Below the pieces are notes generated by a model. The model was given only the letters and a program-made list of their open reading frames with translations. It did no database searches and was not told the origin of the DNA. Source: Negaprion brevirostris (Eukaryota). Taken from it: a stretch of 64,000 nucleotides of DNA. The stretch spans positions 76,386,490 through 76,450,489 of the forward strand of contig JARDVH010000132.1 of assembly GCA_030324005.1 (NCBI GenBank), in the 5' to 3' direction. A program made the position numbers and the translations under genes. This document shows, in pieces, positions 25,946 through 39,130 of the stretch (position 1 is its first letter; every line of letters starts with the position of its first letter).

Positions 25946-26259
25946 TCAATTGTGATATGCAGATATTTCCAAAATGTATTTACTATCATTTTTATCTTCA
26001 AATAAGGGAGCAGGAGTCTGACGGAAATTGTAACCACTCTTGAAGGTGAGTTTTACATTTATGGCTGTTAGCAGGACTTTTATTATGTTGGACTGCTTTT
26101 TAAATGCTAATTAATTACAAAGGTACCAGCTACAATTACATTGTAGCAAATGTAGAAACCTATGTCAAAACTATGAGTACAGCATATTCCAACATATGAC
26201 TTACTGGCTTATTGCTTTTAACAATGAATAATACACTGGGGCATTAAGAGTGGGTTCCA

Positions 26260-28260
26260 TATCTTGAAGTTGGGAGCCTTCTGACTTATGAGTCCACTTT
26301 TGAAGTATGTCCAATAATGCATTAATTGTAGCACTTTAATCTCCAGAATGTCCTTGAGACCCACATCATGCCCAATGACTGAAGGTGGGTAGGATATCTG
26401 GCCTCCAAAATCATTAGCCGTGACCTGGAATGAGGTCATGGTCAGTAATTTAAAGGGTCCCTTAACAAGGAACGATGTCAGGGGACCCAGCAAATGCAGA
26501 TTCATTCACTGTTTGCAGGATCATTTGGAAGTCAGCTATTTCCATGTTTCTAAGGTGAGTTCTGCTGTCTCCACTGAGCAGAGGTTGCATTGTTTTTTAA
26601 CCTGAATATCTTTCAGAGGAGTTGTCTAGATGTTGCCCGCTTCCATCCAGAGATGTCTGTGTGATTGGAACAAGAGGAGTGGCAGGGGAGAAGGACCAAA
26701 CCAGTATCTCAGGAGAGAGCACAGCATCCAGGCTGCCATGCACTTTGTGAATAAAGCGTTAGTGGACACGCTATTAAATACGCTGAAGTAGTTTGTGAAT
26801 GCAATCTTGCACAACTTTTCAGAAGAAGCGAACCCACAATGCCTGCGAGCAAGGCCTGGCAGGTGACAGTGTTTCAAAACGGACCATCCTAAGTCCTTTT
26901 GAAAAGGAAGTGCCGACACTGGTGGACGCAGAGTCCTCCAGGACCATTATCACAGGTGAGATTGGAGGAAGCTCTGGGTTTGATGAGCTGGTAAAAGACT
27001 CAAACAGATCCACATAGGGATGGGGCAAGTGGGAGATGGGTGGAGGGTTGATTCAATGAACGTGATTAATATTGTTCAGACGTTGAAGCCCTGTCAAGCT
27101 TCATTATCAGAAGCTTCAGATGATCATTCAAGCGTGCATTGAGTCTGCAGAGTCCCATCTCTCATGTTGGACAGGAGTAATGTTGCAGAGTATAGTGACT
27201 TTGAACTGATATGGCAAGCTGTGAATGAGCATTAACTCTCTGGCATATCTCTCTGTTACAGGTGAAGCCTCTTCCACTGATCCTCCCCCAGATGTTGTGC
27301 TGTTACAAGGAGGAAGAAGCAGCCTTGGAAAATCCAGGTTCACGTCCCCTCTCGGTCCCAAGCATCATCACAGATATTGATCCCTCGGCAGGCATTTGCG
27401 TGTCGGACCAGGGACGTGCACAAACTATTGAGGGTACTTCACTGTCGCACGTGCAGCTGCCTGAGAATGTGCTGCAGCAGGCCTCGGACAGTCAGAGGAG
27501 TTTCCAGTGTGTTCCGGAGCCAGGTCAGATGATGAGCTTCTGGAGTTGTTCATAAGGTGGTCGATGCTGGACGAACAGCGCAAAGTCTATGAAGTTTTGA
27601 CAGATAAAATACAGGAATTGCGTACTCTGACCCAAACTGTGGAGATGTCCGTCCAGACAACCTCCACTATCTCACCCTCTCTTCAGAGTGCCAAGCTTCC
27701 TCCATGGACAGACTGGTGACTGTTCTTGAGAGGCAAATCTAGTGCTTTGCAAACAGATTCGTCACTGTGCGCTCCAACCTGCACACCATCATCCCGTATC
27801 TGAGTTCAGGAGACCAGAAACAGTGTGACATGGGAATTAGGACCTTGGACACCGATGCTACTCTTAGACCTCACCGGTTGGCAGGGAAAACCAACCAGTC
27901 GTACTGCGGGATGTTTACTGGTGACTTATGCAGGTTACTGCGACTCTCAAGGGACAAAGCACTTAGTTGAGAAGGACAAATGTGGAGAAGTGGCTACTGT
28001 GTGACAGGGGAGGGAATGAGGCTCATTGGAAAGGCAGTCACATAGGGGGAGGCACACGAGTAGACGTCCCAGATCCTGAGAGGTCTGTGGGCCAGTGCAT
28101 TGTTAGCACTCCTCATCACTCACTTTGATGTTCTCTTCCTTTCAGTTTTTGATTCGGGAGAATCATGGAGCCAGCTGAGCTGGCAATTCTTTTATCAAGC
28201 AGCATCAGTGACATTGACATTCTGCTGCACGTGGCCAGGACAAATTGAAAGTAGCTGATT
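26260..28260 (+). mobile_element. PIF/Harbinger remnant with spliced Myb/SANT-type ORF and probable transposase start
   Basis: KKRTHNACEQGLAGD...ILSPFEKEV resembles the K..HN..E...TGGG...L.P.EE motif of Harbinger Myb-like proteins; AG/GT boundaries retained; ATG GAG CCA GCT GAG CTG at about 28165. Confidence 0.65.
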
Positions 28261-28786
28261 GGGTAAGTATGATTGGATAAATATTTTCTAGTTTGTAAGG
28301 TCTTTGTTTTGAGGACTATATTCTGTAGTAATGAGGACCAGGGAAGAAGTGCTCTCGTGTAATTGATTTTATTTGATTTTAACTATCTTTCAGAAGCTTT
28401 ACCTTAAAGAGGTAAGTCATGGCAGGAGTGCTCAAAGCTGTGGTGTGCTCCTGCTCTATGAGGGAATGCAAGGATATTTTAAGTGCCTGAGGCCAGCATG
28501 CATCCTCCTCATTATTACTGAAAATTTGATTTATCCAGTCTATGTGGAAATTCAGTTACTCTTTGTTATACACACGTCTAATTTCTAGATTTATACTTTG
28601 CCAACTATTTCCATTTTTTTTCTGCTCCATGCTGTTTGATAACTCCACTTAAGCTGGCCTTACATCTTGATTTTCCTAGCACCCCATATTTTTCCGTTTT
28701 GCTTATCTCACCTAGACATTAAATTTTCTGAAAAACCTAGTTTTCATCCTTGGCCACTCCGCAACTATGGTCAGAATTTGCCCAGT

Positions 28787-28893
28787 CCACCCTCCATGAG
28801 AATTGGAGTGGGCGAGGGATGAACCATGAAAAGGCTTGTTAACCTTGGGTGGGATTTTACAGTTTTGGGATAAGCAAGGCTGTATTATCCTGC
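28787..28893 (+). mobile_element. short (~110-150 bp) MITE
   Basis: Core gggtgggattttacagttttggga; related copies at 34278, 49446 and 56123. Confidence 0.65.
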
Positions 28894-29139
28894 TATATGT
28901 CTCCATAATGCCTATTATATCAAACCCATTCCTACCAGTTAAAATGGGCCTGAGTCTCGAAGTATTAGCTATCCCCACTGGCACAGCTTGCACCTGAAGG
29001 CGTGTTGCCTTCAGGACCAAGGATGGACATCTTTTTTTTGCTGCACTTACGAAAAGAAAACTTCCATTTGAGAGTGTTGAGCATAGAACATATTGCACAC
29101 ACTTCCCCAAGGACATGCTTTTTCATTTTCCTTCAGTTT

Positions 29140-29595
29140 TTCCAGGCTAATTCCTGGAAGCCATAGGAGGAGAGGTTAAGTCCATCAGGATTATATTCAT
29201 TGGAGTTCAGAAGAATGAGAGGNNNNNNNNNNNNNNNNNNNNNNNNNNNNNNNNNNNNNNNNNNNNNNNNNNNNNNNNNNNNNNNNNNNNNNNNNNNNNN
29301 NNNNNNNNNNNNNNNNNNNNNNNNNNNNNNNNNNNNNNNNNNNNNNNNNNNNNNNNNNNNNNNNNNNNNNNNNNNNNNNNNNNNNNNNNNNNNNNNNNNN
29401 NNNNNNNNNNNNNNNNNNNNNNNNNNNNNNNNNNNNNNNNNNNNNNNNNNNNNNNNNNNNNNNNNNNNNNNNNNNNNNNNNNNNNNNNNNNNNNNNNNAA
29501 TTTGACTATCAGCCATGATCAAAATGAATGGCAGAGCAGGCTCGAAGGGCTGAATAGCCTATTCCTGCTTCTTTTTTCTGTTTCTTTATTTCTAT
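29140..29595 (+). mobile_element. CR1 LINE 3' fragment, mostly gap
   Basis: LYSLEFRRMR motif before the gap; CR1 tail tcagccatgatc...gggctgaatagcctattcctgct after it. Confidence 0.85.
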
Positions 29596-30339
29596 GTAAG
29601 GCAGACAAATAGTGTACTCTCCTTTATTGTTTACAGCAACCTTTAGGGTTGTTGGCTGACCTAACCTTGTGACTCTTGGCTAAACAAAATGCAAGCTGTC
29701 TTGCTGTGCATGCTATATGCAGGGAGCATGTTGAAATGAAGAGACAACTTGTCATGCAAAATTCAGGGAGCAGCCTTTCCTATTGTCAGCAAGTGTGCCT
29801 GCACCACAGGTAACCGCAGATCTGATTTTGCCATTCTTGCAAATAAATGTTTATATGCGGCAGCTTGAACATTTAGAAAAGTAAACCTATAATTCTAAGA
29901 ATGCCCAAAGCTACACAAAGTAAATTTTGAGTTAATGACAAAGGAGCTGACTCCAATGTCCTAAAATTGGGTAAATTGTATGTTTTTATTCTGAGATTAA
30001 AATGTCACTATGAAAATCAGAGGAATGCAGCTTTTTGAACGTGCAGTTCCTAAATTGGACTTCTGTTAATCATAGTGGAAAATTCGCTAACAATTATGTA
30101 CTTGCAATAATTATTTTTTTGACTCCTCACACAGGAAACTAGCAGATCAATATAAATATTTAAGTGTATATTTGTTACACATTACTTCAATGCCAACAGA
30201 GAAAATCAGGTATTACCAATCATACCTGGTATCAAAATGTCAGCTAAATGTGATGATCTAACCATCAAGGCTGTGTGAACAACAATGAACCCTGAGACCC
30301 CAGTGTTAAACAAAGTCACCTGCAGACTTCTACCAGGGT

Positions 30340-33300
30340 CCATTCACCAAGTCTTATGGCAATGGAGAATTGGCGATGGTGACAGTGCACCATGGTACAG
30401 GAAGCCATTCGAGCAGGAGGAACAAATATGATTAGTGGTTGTAGGGGACAATATAATGAGAGGGATTAACACTGTTCTCTGCAGCAAAGAGCAGGAGTCC
30501 AGACAGCTGTGTTGCCTGCTCAATACCTGGGTATTGGATATCTGATCTAGGATGAAGAACAACTTGGATTGGGAGGGGAGAATCCTTTTTATTATTATCC
30601 ATGTAGCACCTATGATATAGGTAGAACAAGGGAAGAGGTTTTGCACAGTTAGTATAAGGAGCTAGGCACCAAATTCAGAAGCAGAACCTCAAGGGTAATA
30701 ATTTGTTGATTATTACCTAAACCACACACAAATTGGCATAGGGCAAATAAGGTTAAAAAGTTAAATACATGACTCAAAGACTGGTTTAGGGGAAGTGGGT
30801 TCCAATTCATGGGACACAAGCATCTGTATAGGGGAAAGTGGAGGATGTCCCACAGGGACGGTGTATACCTGAACCATACTGGACCGGTGCTCAAGCAAGC
30901 CAAATATCTAATGAAGTGGAGAATGTTTTAAATTAAACAATGAGAGATGAGGGATCACGCTTAGTTAGATGTTGCAAATCATGAGATAGAATCAAAGCAG
31001 GATAGCAAAATAATAATCTGGGAAATGAGAATCAAAGAATAGCAGGAAGGGAAAGAGAGAGAGAAAAAAACTACGAATACGTCAACAGTCAAGACTAGAT
31101 GTTACCAAGATACCAAAAAAGCAAAATTAAAAGCTCTGTCTGAATGTATGTAGCATTCATAGCAAAGTAAATTAATTGGTGTTGTATATTGAAATAAGTT
31201 AATATGATCCAATAGCTATTATGGAGTTGTGACTGCAGGATGACAAAGATTGGATCCTGGATATTGAGGGGCATTCAACATTCATGAAAAAAGGGAAGCT
31301 AGGTAAAGGTGGAGGGGTAATACTGTTAATTAAAGATGGCATTGGTTCAAGAAATCAGGATCTGGAATAGGTTTCGGTAGAAATGAGGAAAAGTAGAGTA
31401 AAAAACTCACTAGTGGGAGTGGTCTACAGTCCCCTAACAGTCCTGTATTGTAACCACAATACAGAGGAAAATATACAAGAAGAAATATTGAGTGCTTGTG
31501 ACAAAAGGATGACAATAATCATGGGTGATTTTAATCTGCATATAAACTTGAAAAATCAAATTGGCAGCAGTAGCCTGGATAAGGAGTTCATTGAATGTTT
31601 TTGATATTCTTAGAGCAAGCCCATTCTGGAACCAACCAGAGAGCAGGCCATATTAGATTTGGTATTGTGGAATGTGATAGGATTAATTAATGATCTCAGA
31701 ATAAAGCCCTAGGCAGCAGTGACCACAATATGATTAAATGATATATACAGTTTGAAAGGGAAAAGTGTGGGTCTAAGCCTAATATTTTAAACTTAAATGA
31801 GGGCAGCTCTTGATCAATGTAAGAGCAATAGCACATATCTAAGAGGTTATATCAGAATACACAGAATAAGTAAATTCCTACTGTAAAGAAATATTCTAAG
31901 GGGAGGACCCACCGTCTGTGGTTAAACTAAGAAAAGTATCAAACTTAAGGAAACGGCATATGAAACGGCAAAGATGAGTAGCAGATCAGATGATTGGTCA
32001 GAATCTAAAGAATGGCAGAGAATGCCTGAAGGTTAACCAGGTGAAAGAAATTAGATTTTGAGAGGAAGTTAGTTGGAAATGTAAAATGATAGCAAGTAGA
32101 AAGCCTGTAAGAATTTCTACAGGTTTTTAAGAAAGACAAGTGTAAGTGAGTGTTGGTCCTCTGGAGAGTGACAATGTGGAGCTAATAGTAGATAATAAGG
32201 AAATGGCAGATGAAATGAACATTTTTTTTCTGTCTTGATCTTGAGGATACAAAAAATATTCCAGCAGTATCCAGAGCTCAAGAGTGGGAAGGAAAAGGAA
32301 AACTTGGTGAAATTATAATCACTAAGGAAGCATTATTGAGCAAACTGATGGAACTGTGGGGTGACAAATCTTCACGTCTAAATTGACATCATCCTAAGAT
32401 CTTAAGAGGTGGGTATTGTGCTCGTAGATGTTTTGGTGTTAATTTTCCAAAATTCACTAGATCCTGGAAAGGTTCCATCAGACTGGAAAGCAACACCCTA
32501 TTCAAGAAAGAAGGCAAAAAACAGGAAACTACAGATCAGTTATCCTGATGTTTGACATGGGGATAGTGCCATAATTGATAATTAAGGAGATTATGGCTGG
32601 GCACTTAGAAAAATTCAAGATAATCAGGAAGAGTATGCATGAGTTGTGAAAAAGAAATAGTGTTTTGTCATTTTATTGGAGTTCTTTTGAAGGAGTAAAT
32701 TGCACTATAGATAAAAGGGAGCGTGTACACATACTGCAGTTGAATTTCCAGAAGGCACTTGATAAGGTGCATCAGAGATTATTGAGAAAATAAAAGCTTG
32801 TGGTGCTAGGGGTAACATATTATCATGAATAGAAGATTGGCCGGCTGGCAGAAAGCAAAGAGTACGTATAAATGGGTTGTGTTCTGATTGGCAGGATGTA
32901 AAACTGGAGCTCAACAGGGATTTGTGCTAGGGCCTCAACATTTTACAATGTATATCAATAGCTGAGATGAGCGGAGTGAGGGCAAGATAGCGAAGGAAAG
33001 TATGTTATGAAGAGGAGATAAGGATTTTGTAGATGGATATGGTTAGGTGAGCAAGTGTGCAAAAATCTGGCAGATGGAATAAAATGTGGGGAAATGTATA
33101 GTTGTTCACTTTGGCAGGAAGAATAAAAAAGTAGAGTATTGCTTAAATGGAGAACGGTTGCAGAATTCTGAGGTGCAGAGAGATCTAAGTTTTGTCATGC
33201 ATGAGTCACAAAACTGTAGGTGCAGTGTGTAATCAAGAAGGCTAATTTAATGCAACCCTTTCTTATGGAGCATTCAAACAGAAAAGTAAGGATGTTATGC

Positions 33301-34015
33301 TTCACCTCTACAGGGTAGTAGTAAGATCACATCTCAAATGTTGTGTCTCCTTATTTAAGGAAGGAGATAAATGTGTTGGAGTCAATTCAGAGGAGGTTTA
33401 TCAGACCGCTAGAATGAGTGAGTTGTCTTATAAGAAAAGGTTATAGACAGATGGGGTTTGTTTCAACTGGAGTTTAGGACAGTGAGGGGTGTCTTGATTG
33501 AAGTATATAAGATCCTGAATGATCTTGACAAGGTGGAAAATAATTGTCTTCCTTGATATGGAAAGAGTGCTTCCTCTTATGGATGAGTCCAGAACCAGGA
33601 AGCACTCTTTCAAAATTAGGGGTCACCCTCTTAGAACAGAGATGAAGATAATTNNNNNNNNNNNNNNNNNNNNNNNNNNNNNNNNNNNNNNNNNNNNNNN
33701 NNNNNNNNNNNNNNNNNNNNNNNNNNNNNNNNNNNNNNNNNNNNNNNNNNNNNCACCCTCTTAGAACAGAGATGAAGATAATTTTTCTCTCAGAACTTTG
33801 TGCAATTTTGGAGCTCCCTACTTCAGAAGGTGGTGGATGCAGGGTCATTGAAGGCGGAGATAGGTAGATTCTGTTAGGCAAGGGAATCAAAGGTTATCAC
33901 AGGTAGACAGACATGTGAAATTAGAAACACAAACAAATCAGTGATGATCTTATTGAATAGTGGAGCAGACTCGAGGGGCCAAATGGCCCACTTCTGCTCC
34001 TAATTCAGATGTTCA
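30340..34015 (+). mobile_element. near full-length degraded CR1/HER1-like LINE: ORF1 esterase, APE, RT and 3' UTR
   Basis: VVVGDNIMRG (GDS-type esterase) at about 30435 and DGVYLN; LVGVVY, IIMGDFN and SDH APE motifs at 31.4-31.7 kb; NYR and VLGP RT motifs; many stops and frameshifts; tail ccaaatggcccacttctgctcct. Confidence 0.93.
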
Positions 34016-34019
34016 TCTG

Positions 34020-34700
34020 TGATGGTGACAGGTGCTGTGAACCTGTAAGCCCCAAGTCAAGAATCTGCACGCAGGCAACAGGTGCATGAAGGTCACTGGA
34101 CACCTGTGTTGAGACATGATGTCTTTTAGCAGTAATATTTGTGACTAAGCAGTTCTCTTCAGGATACCCCTTGCTCCCCCCAAATGGGGAGAGAGTTAAA
34201 TAGAAAGTACCCTAATTATAGGCTGTCCCAGTTTCCCTTGAATGGCGAGCTCCATCATGCATGATCACAATCTTTGTGATCAACGGAAAAAATACTCTGG
34301 GTGGACTTTTCCTGTCCCGCCCACCATGGGAATCCTAGCAGGTGGGGGAGGGGGGGGCCGGACCATGCAAAGGTCCATTCACCTCGGACAGGGTTTTCCA
34401 GTTTTGGGGCGAGTGCGACCGAAGAATCCCACCCTCTGAGTTTTGCAACTTGGAATGATAGAACACTTATGGATAATCCCAAGAGCAACTATTTAGAAGC
34501 AAGAACTGCAATCATAGTAGGGCCGCTATCAGGACTCCAAATTGACATTGCCACACTTAGTGAGATCTGCCTCCCCGGGGAGATCAAGCTGAAGGAATAA
34601 AATTGGGATACGCTTTCTACTGGAAAAGAGAGACATTTCCATGGAATTGATTTTGTCATCAGGAATAGGATCTTGGATACACTGCCAGACTCCCCAATTT
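34020..34700 (+). mobile_element. RTE-clade LINE 5' fragment with a MITE insertion
   Basis: ATWNDRTLMDNPKS...RTAII...IDIATLSE is the RTE APE N-terminus (TWNVRTL...DIAALSE). Confidence 0.8.
34278..34433 (+). mobile_element. short MITE
   Basis: TIRs gggtggactttt / agaatcccaccc. Confidence 0.7.
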
Positions 34701-34714
34701 TTCACATATCTTCA

Positions 34715-34860
34715 CACACCTTCCTCCCCTCCCCTCTTTCTCTGTACTTGTTTTGAATTTATTACATCTTTAACTTTTTCCAGTTCTAATGAATGATCAT
34801 CAATTGAAATGTCAACTCTGTTTTTCTCTCCAGATCAGCTGAGTATTTCCAGAACTCTCT
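34715..34860 (+). mobile_element. Penelope-like 3' end with degenerate hammerhead core
   Basis: cagttctaatgaatgatcatcaattgaaatgtcaactctg followed by ctgagtatttccag. Confidence 0.55.
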
Positions 34861-35839
34861 GAAATTAGTCTACAGAGCTAGCTTCTAATGAGAAAAATAT
34901 CCATCCCAATAGTTGTCTCAGTTGGAAGATTTTCAACAATGCAAAACTGTTTTCCTCTCAGATAAATATAAATTGCACCATTCAGAATTCAGTAGAAGTA
35001 TAACTCAAACACAGATTTCCTATCACAAAGGAATGGGAGTTTGAATTTTGTGAACACCTCAAAGATAAGTGCAGTTCTTCATTTTTCAACCAGACATACA
35101 CATACAAAATAACTTTAATGTGGGAAAGTGTACAGCCAGATATGGGAAAAGATCATTTAGCTCTCCATGAGACATATTTCCTCGTTCGCAGTTATTTGTT
35201 CATTTTCTCAGAACAATTTGGCTCCAACCTGCAACAATACCTTTTTAAGAAATGTAACAGCTTTTGAAAAATACAACCTTTCAGCAGCTATTTTAAGAGT
35301 ATTTACACACTCCAAGATTTGAATTGTACCCTCCCATTTAATTGTTCTTCAATTTCCTTTCTTGTAATTTTGCACGGAATATGTCATTGTAGTCTAGAAT
35401 CTTGCGTGAGTAGTATTTCAAATATTATAAAGATCACTCAGATTGTTATATTTACACATTCATTTGAAAAGCTTTTTTTTAATAATCTGAGTAAAAGAAA
35501 ACAATTACTTTTCTGGCAAACTTATTCATTCCACAGAACACACATTCTCTTATAATTTACTGTAGGTGATATTTAATTACATATATGTACATAATTAATT
35601 TGAACCTTTCTCTTTTGTCTCATCACCATCCTGTTATTCATTGATAACTCTTTTCCTTTTTTCGTTCTTGGGTACCTTGTCTTCCCCAAAGCACTAAACA
35701 AACTCTTCAAAACTCTGCTTAGTCCCAGGCTTCTCTCTCTCTGTCACTCACACACACACTCACTGTACATAATATATATTGGATCAGCCAAAATCTTTCC
35801 TCTGTGCCTCTCTTTATCAGCATTTCCTGCATACCCAAT

Positions 35840-38800
35840 CAGGGCACTTGTCGCTGCCTTCTTAGATGCAGTAACATCAATTTCCCCAATGCCCCATCCT
35901 GTTCCATTGCCTTCCGATCCTGATGGTTAATTTTATCAACCTTCATCCTACCTTATTTATTTCTCCCATCATTGATTCTACGAAGATCAATAATCATTGC
36001 CTCACTTCATCTCCCTCTAGAATGTACATTCACTTGTGAACTAGGTATGTTCATCCATGACAATGGGGATGACACCTTTTTCCCTTACTGAAGCCCCCTA
36101 TACCTTCCACTGTTTGCCCAACCCAGCTATCATAGTAGTGATATGGCCATTGCCAGAATATTTCACTCTGATATATCCTGCTACTTCTCTGCAACCTTCT
36201 CCTCCTTTGAGAACCTCACCTCATTCCACCTCTCCTCATTCTCTTAAATTTCCCATCATCTGCCATCCACCCAAACAACAAATCAAAGTTAAACGTTATG
36301 AAGACTCCAAGAACCTTTAAAATGGCAGAATTAACCTGGATCCGGATGTCCTGCCTCCATATCTGACAGATTTTGAATATCGCCGGTGTGGTAAAAGGTG
36401 GTGGATCACGATTCACTCGTGAGGGAAGCCAGAAGCCAGAACTCAACAGGACCATTTGAACTCAGTGCCAAGTTCATACAGACCCCGATTTGTTTTGTAG
36501 CAAGGGCCTTAAACCACAGAATGGGAGTTACAAATTTTTATCTTAAATGACAGATAATGATTATAGAACTGTCAAACTGTGAAGTTATTTCAAGCTCAAG
36601 CCCTTTAAAAATAACAAAAGTCTTCTTGCACCAGTTAGAGGTAAAAAAAAAACTCAAACTTTGAAATTATTTATGGCTCTACCCCTTAAAAAAAAATTTT
36701 AAAGAAGATGCCCGTATCAGTTTGTGATTTATAAATATACAAGTTGTGACATTATTTAAAGTAGCAGCCCTTTAGAAATTAAAGAAATAGGCTATCCACC
36801 TCAATGAGAGTTGAAATGACCAATTTTAGCTGCTACAATAGCCGTTTGTTGACATTAGCCATTGATCTATCTATATGTCATAATCAATTACTGGCTGATT
36901 TCCACAACCTATCGTTATCTCAGTAGGGATCTTAAGTTCACCGTTTGATTGGCAACTCAAAGAAGTTGATAAAATATTAGCTGTCTTTGATGTGGGGATA
37001 TGAGTACAAGTCAGCTTGTTTGATAAAGGTTAAAGTATCTGGGGGATTTAAATGCATTGAATGGATTTTTTTCAATGGGGGACTTTCTCTAATATAGTAA
37101 AGCCTGCAATAGGTATTTAGATTTTATTTTATTTCAACTTAACATGGCTTATAAGGTCCACAGTGGACACTAGGTAAGTTGGCATGGAGAGTGGAAGGAG
37201 AAAAGGTAGGTAGGCATGAGTTGGCACTAAATTGGCCTGGTGACTATAAGGGGAATGGGGTTGGCTTGAGTTGACAAGGGGGTAGTTGGTATCATGAGTG
37301 GCATGCTGCTCCTGGGGCAAATACTTTGCCATTTGGGTGAATTTCTCTAAAGACAATGTGGCAAGCCAAGAGATTTTACAACTTCCGCTACTTTAATCAG
37401 GAGCAAAAATCTGGGCCCAGGTTTCACACAAAGATACCCTCACCGTTTTCCTCATTCGGTCCTTGCACCAAGCAAATTCTCATTTTCCATGCTTTCAATT
37501 TCCATTACAACTCAGTTTGCATTTCTCTGAGTTCATTTTAGTTCTTTGTTTGTCTCCCCAATATCCATGTCTAACTTTCCCATAACTTCAATGAGGCTTC
37601 CACAACATTTTACAGCACCAAAATAGACCTTACGAAAGTTACAAACTAAACCTTATGTGACTGCTCTGATGGTAAACTATCCACACTAACCATATCATCC
37701 TTTAATGCTTCTTTTGAATTATCCAACTGTCATCATCTCCAGGTTCCATTTTTAGCTTGTTCCGTTGAGTTAAGATTTCCATCATTGCTATAGAATTTCT
37801 GAAATGCTTTCTCTTCCTCGCTGCCACTATTTTTTCTGTCCTTCCTTAAGAATCTGTGCTTCGTCTCCTCCTGTTATTTGTCTACATGATGTTTCTTGGT
37901 AACATCACCCGAAAATGGAGTCAAATTCCACATTTATATGATAACACACAGATCCACCTCACGTCACCTTTCTTAACCTCCTCCATCTCCTCTGTCAAGT
38001 TCCTTTCACTTGTTTTAATTAAATGTTGGGAATACAGAAGTTATTATTTTCAGTTCCAACAACAAATGCCTTTGCCTAGACATTGACTCCATTCTTCTCT
38101 TTGATCACCAACTGAGGCTTAACCAGACTGTTCAAAGCCTTGGCATCTACCTGACCACAGGCTATGTTTCAAACACACTATCCTATATCAAGACCAGCGA
38201 CATCAATCTCTATAATATTGCCAGCCCATTTGCTGCTGAAAGCCACATTCAAGCTTCAATTACCTGTAGACTTGACTATTCCTGTATTATGTTGGCAAGA
38301 CTCCCATCTTCTACTGTCCATAAATGTGGACTCATTCAAAACCTCTGCTGCCTGTGCCCTAACTCATACCTAGCCCTGGTTCCCCATTATCATGGTGTCT
38401 AGTCAAACAAAGCCTCAACCTTTAAAAAGTTTTATTCGTTTATGGGGTGTGCATGTTTTTGGGAAGTTCTCCCCGTGTNNNNNNNNNNNNNNNNNNNNNN
38501 NNNNNNNNNNNNNNNNNNNNNNNNNNNNNNNNNNNNNNNNNNNNNNNNNNNNNNNNNNNNNNNNNNNNNNNNNNNNNNCCCGTGTCTGCATGCGTTTCCT
38601 CTGGGCACTCCGGTTTCCTCCCACAGAGTGAAGGTGTGCAGGTTAGATTGATTGGCCCTGCTAAATTGCCTCTTAGTGTCAGGGGGATTGGAAGGGTAAA
38701 TACATGGGGATTACAGGTATAGGGCCCAGGTGGGATTGTTGTCAGTGCAAACTCATCGAGCTGAATGGCTTCCTTCTGTACTGTAGGAATTCTAGGATTC

Positions 38801-39130
38801 TGCTTTAACCCTTTTCCATGCTTTTGTCACCGTTTGGCTCAACAATTTTAACACCTCCTGGTGACCTTTGCATTCACCACTGTTGATAAACTTTAAACAT
38901 CTAAATAACTGCCGCCTGTATTCACCACAATCTCACCACAAATCCTGCTCACCCAACTTCAAATTCTCATTCTTCTGTTCAAAGCCTTGCGTAATCTTGC
39001 TTTCTCCCACTTCCATAACATTCATCAGCACCATTATGAATCTACAATTCCCAGGCACTCTGGAATGCCCTGCCTCTTCTTCCCTGTCCTCCTTTAAGAT
39101 CCCACCAAAACCCACCTCTTTGATAGAACC
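35840..39130 (+). mobile_element. old L2-clade LINE, fragmented
   Basis: APE-like GDDT..LTEA.YTFH at 36.1 kb; KVTN..LCDC..GKLS at 37.6 kb; HLYDNTQIHL (YADD relic) at 37.93 kb; interrupted at about 36300-37420 and by HE1. Confidence 0.7.
38445..38800 (+). mobile_element. HE1 V-SINE, 5' truncated and gapped
   Basis: V-domain ccggtttcctcccacag and HER1-type tail. Confidence 0.85.

Noticed and set aside
33624-33783. 30-bp direct repeat caccctcttagaacagagatgaagataatt
   Set aside because: The copies sit on either side of a 100-N gap, so this is an overlapping-contig assembly artefact. A similar case occurs at 38470/38580.
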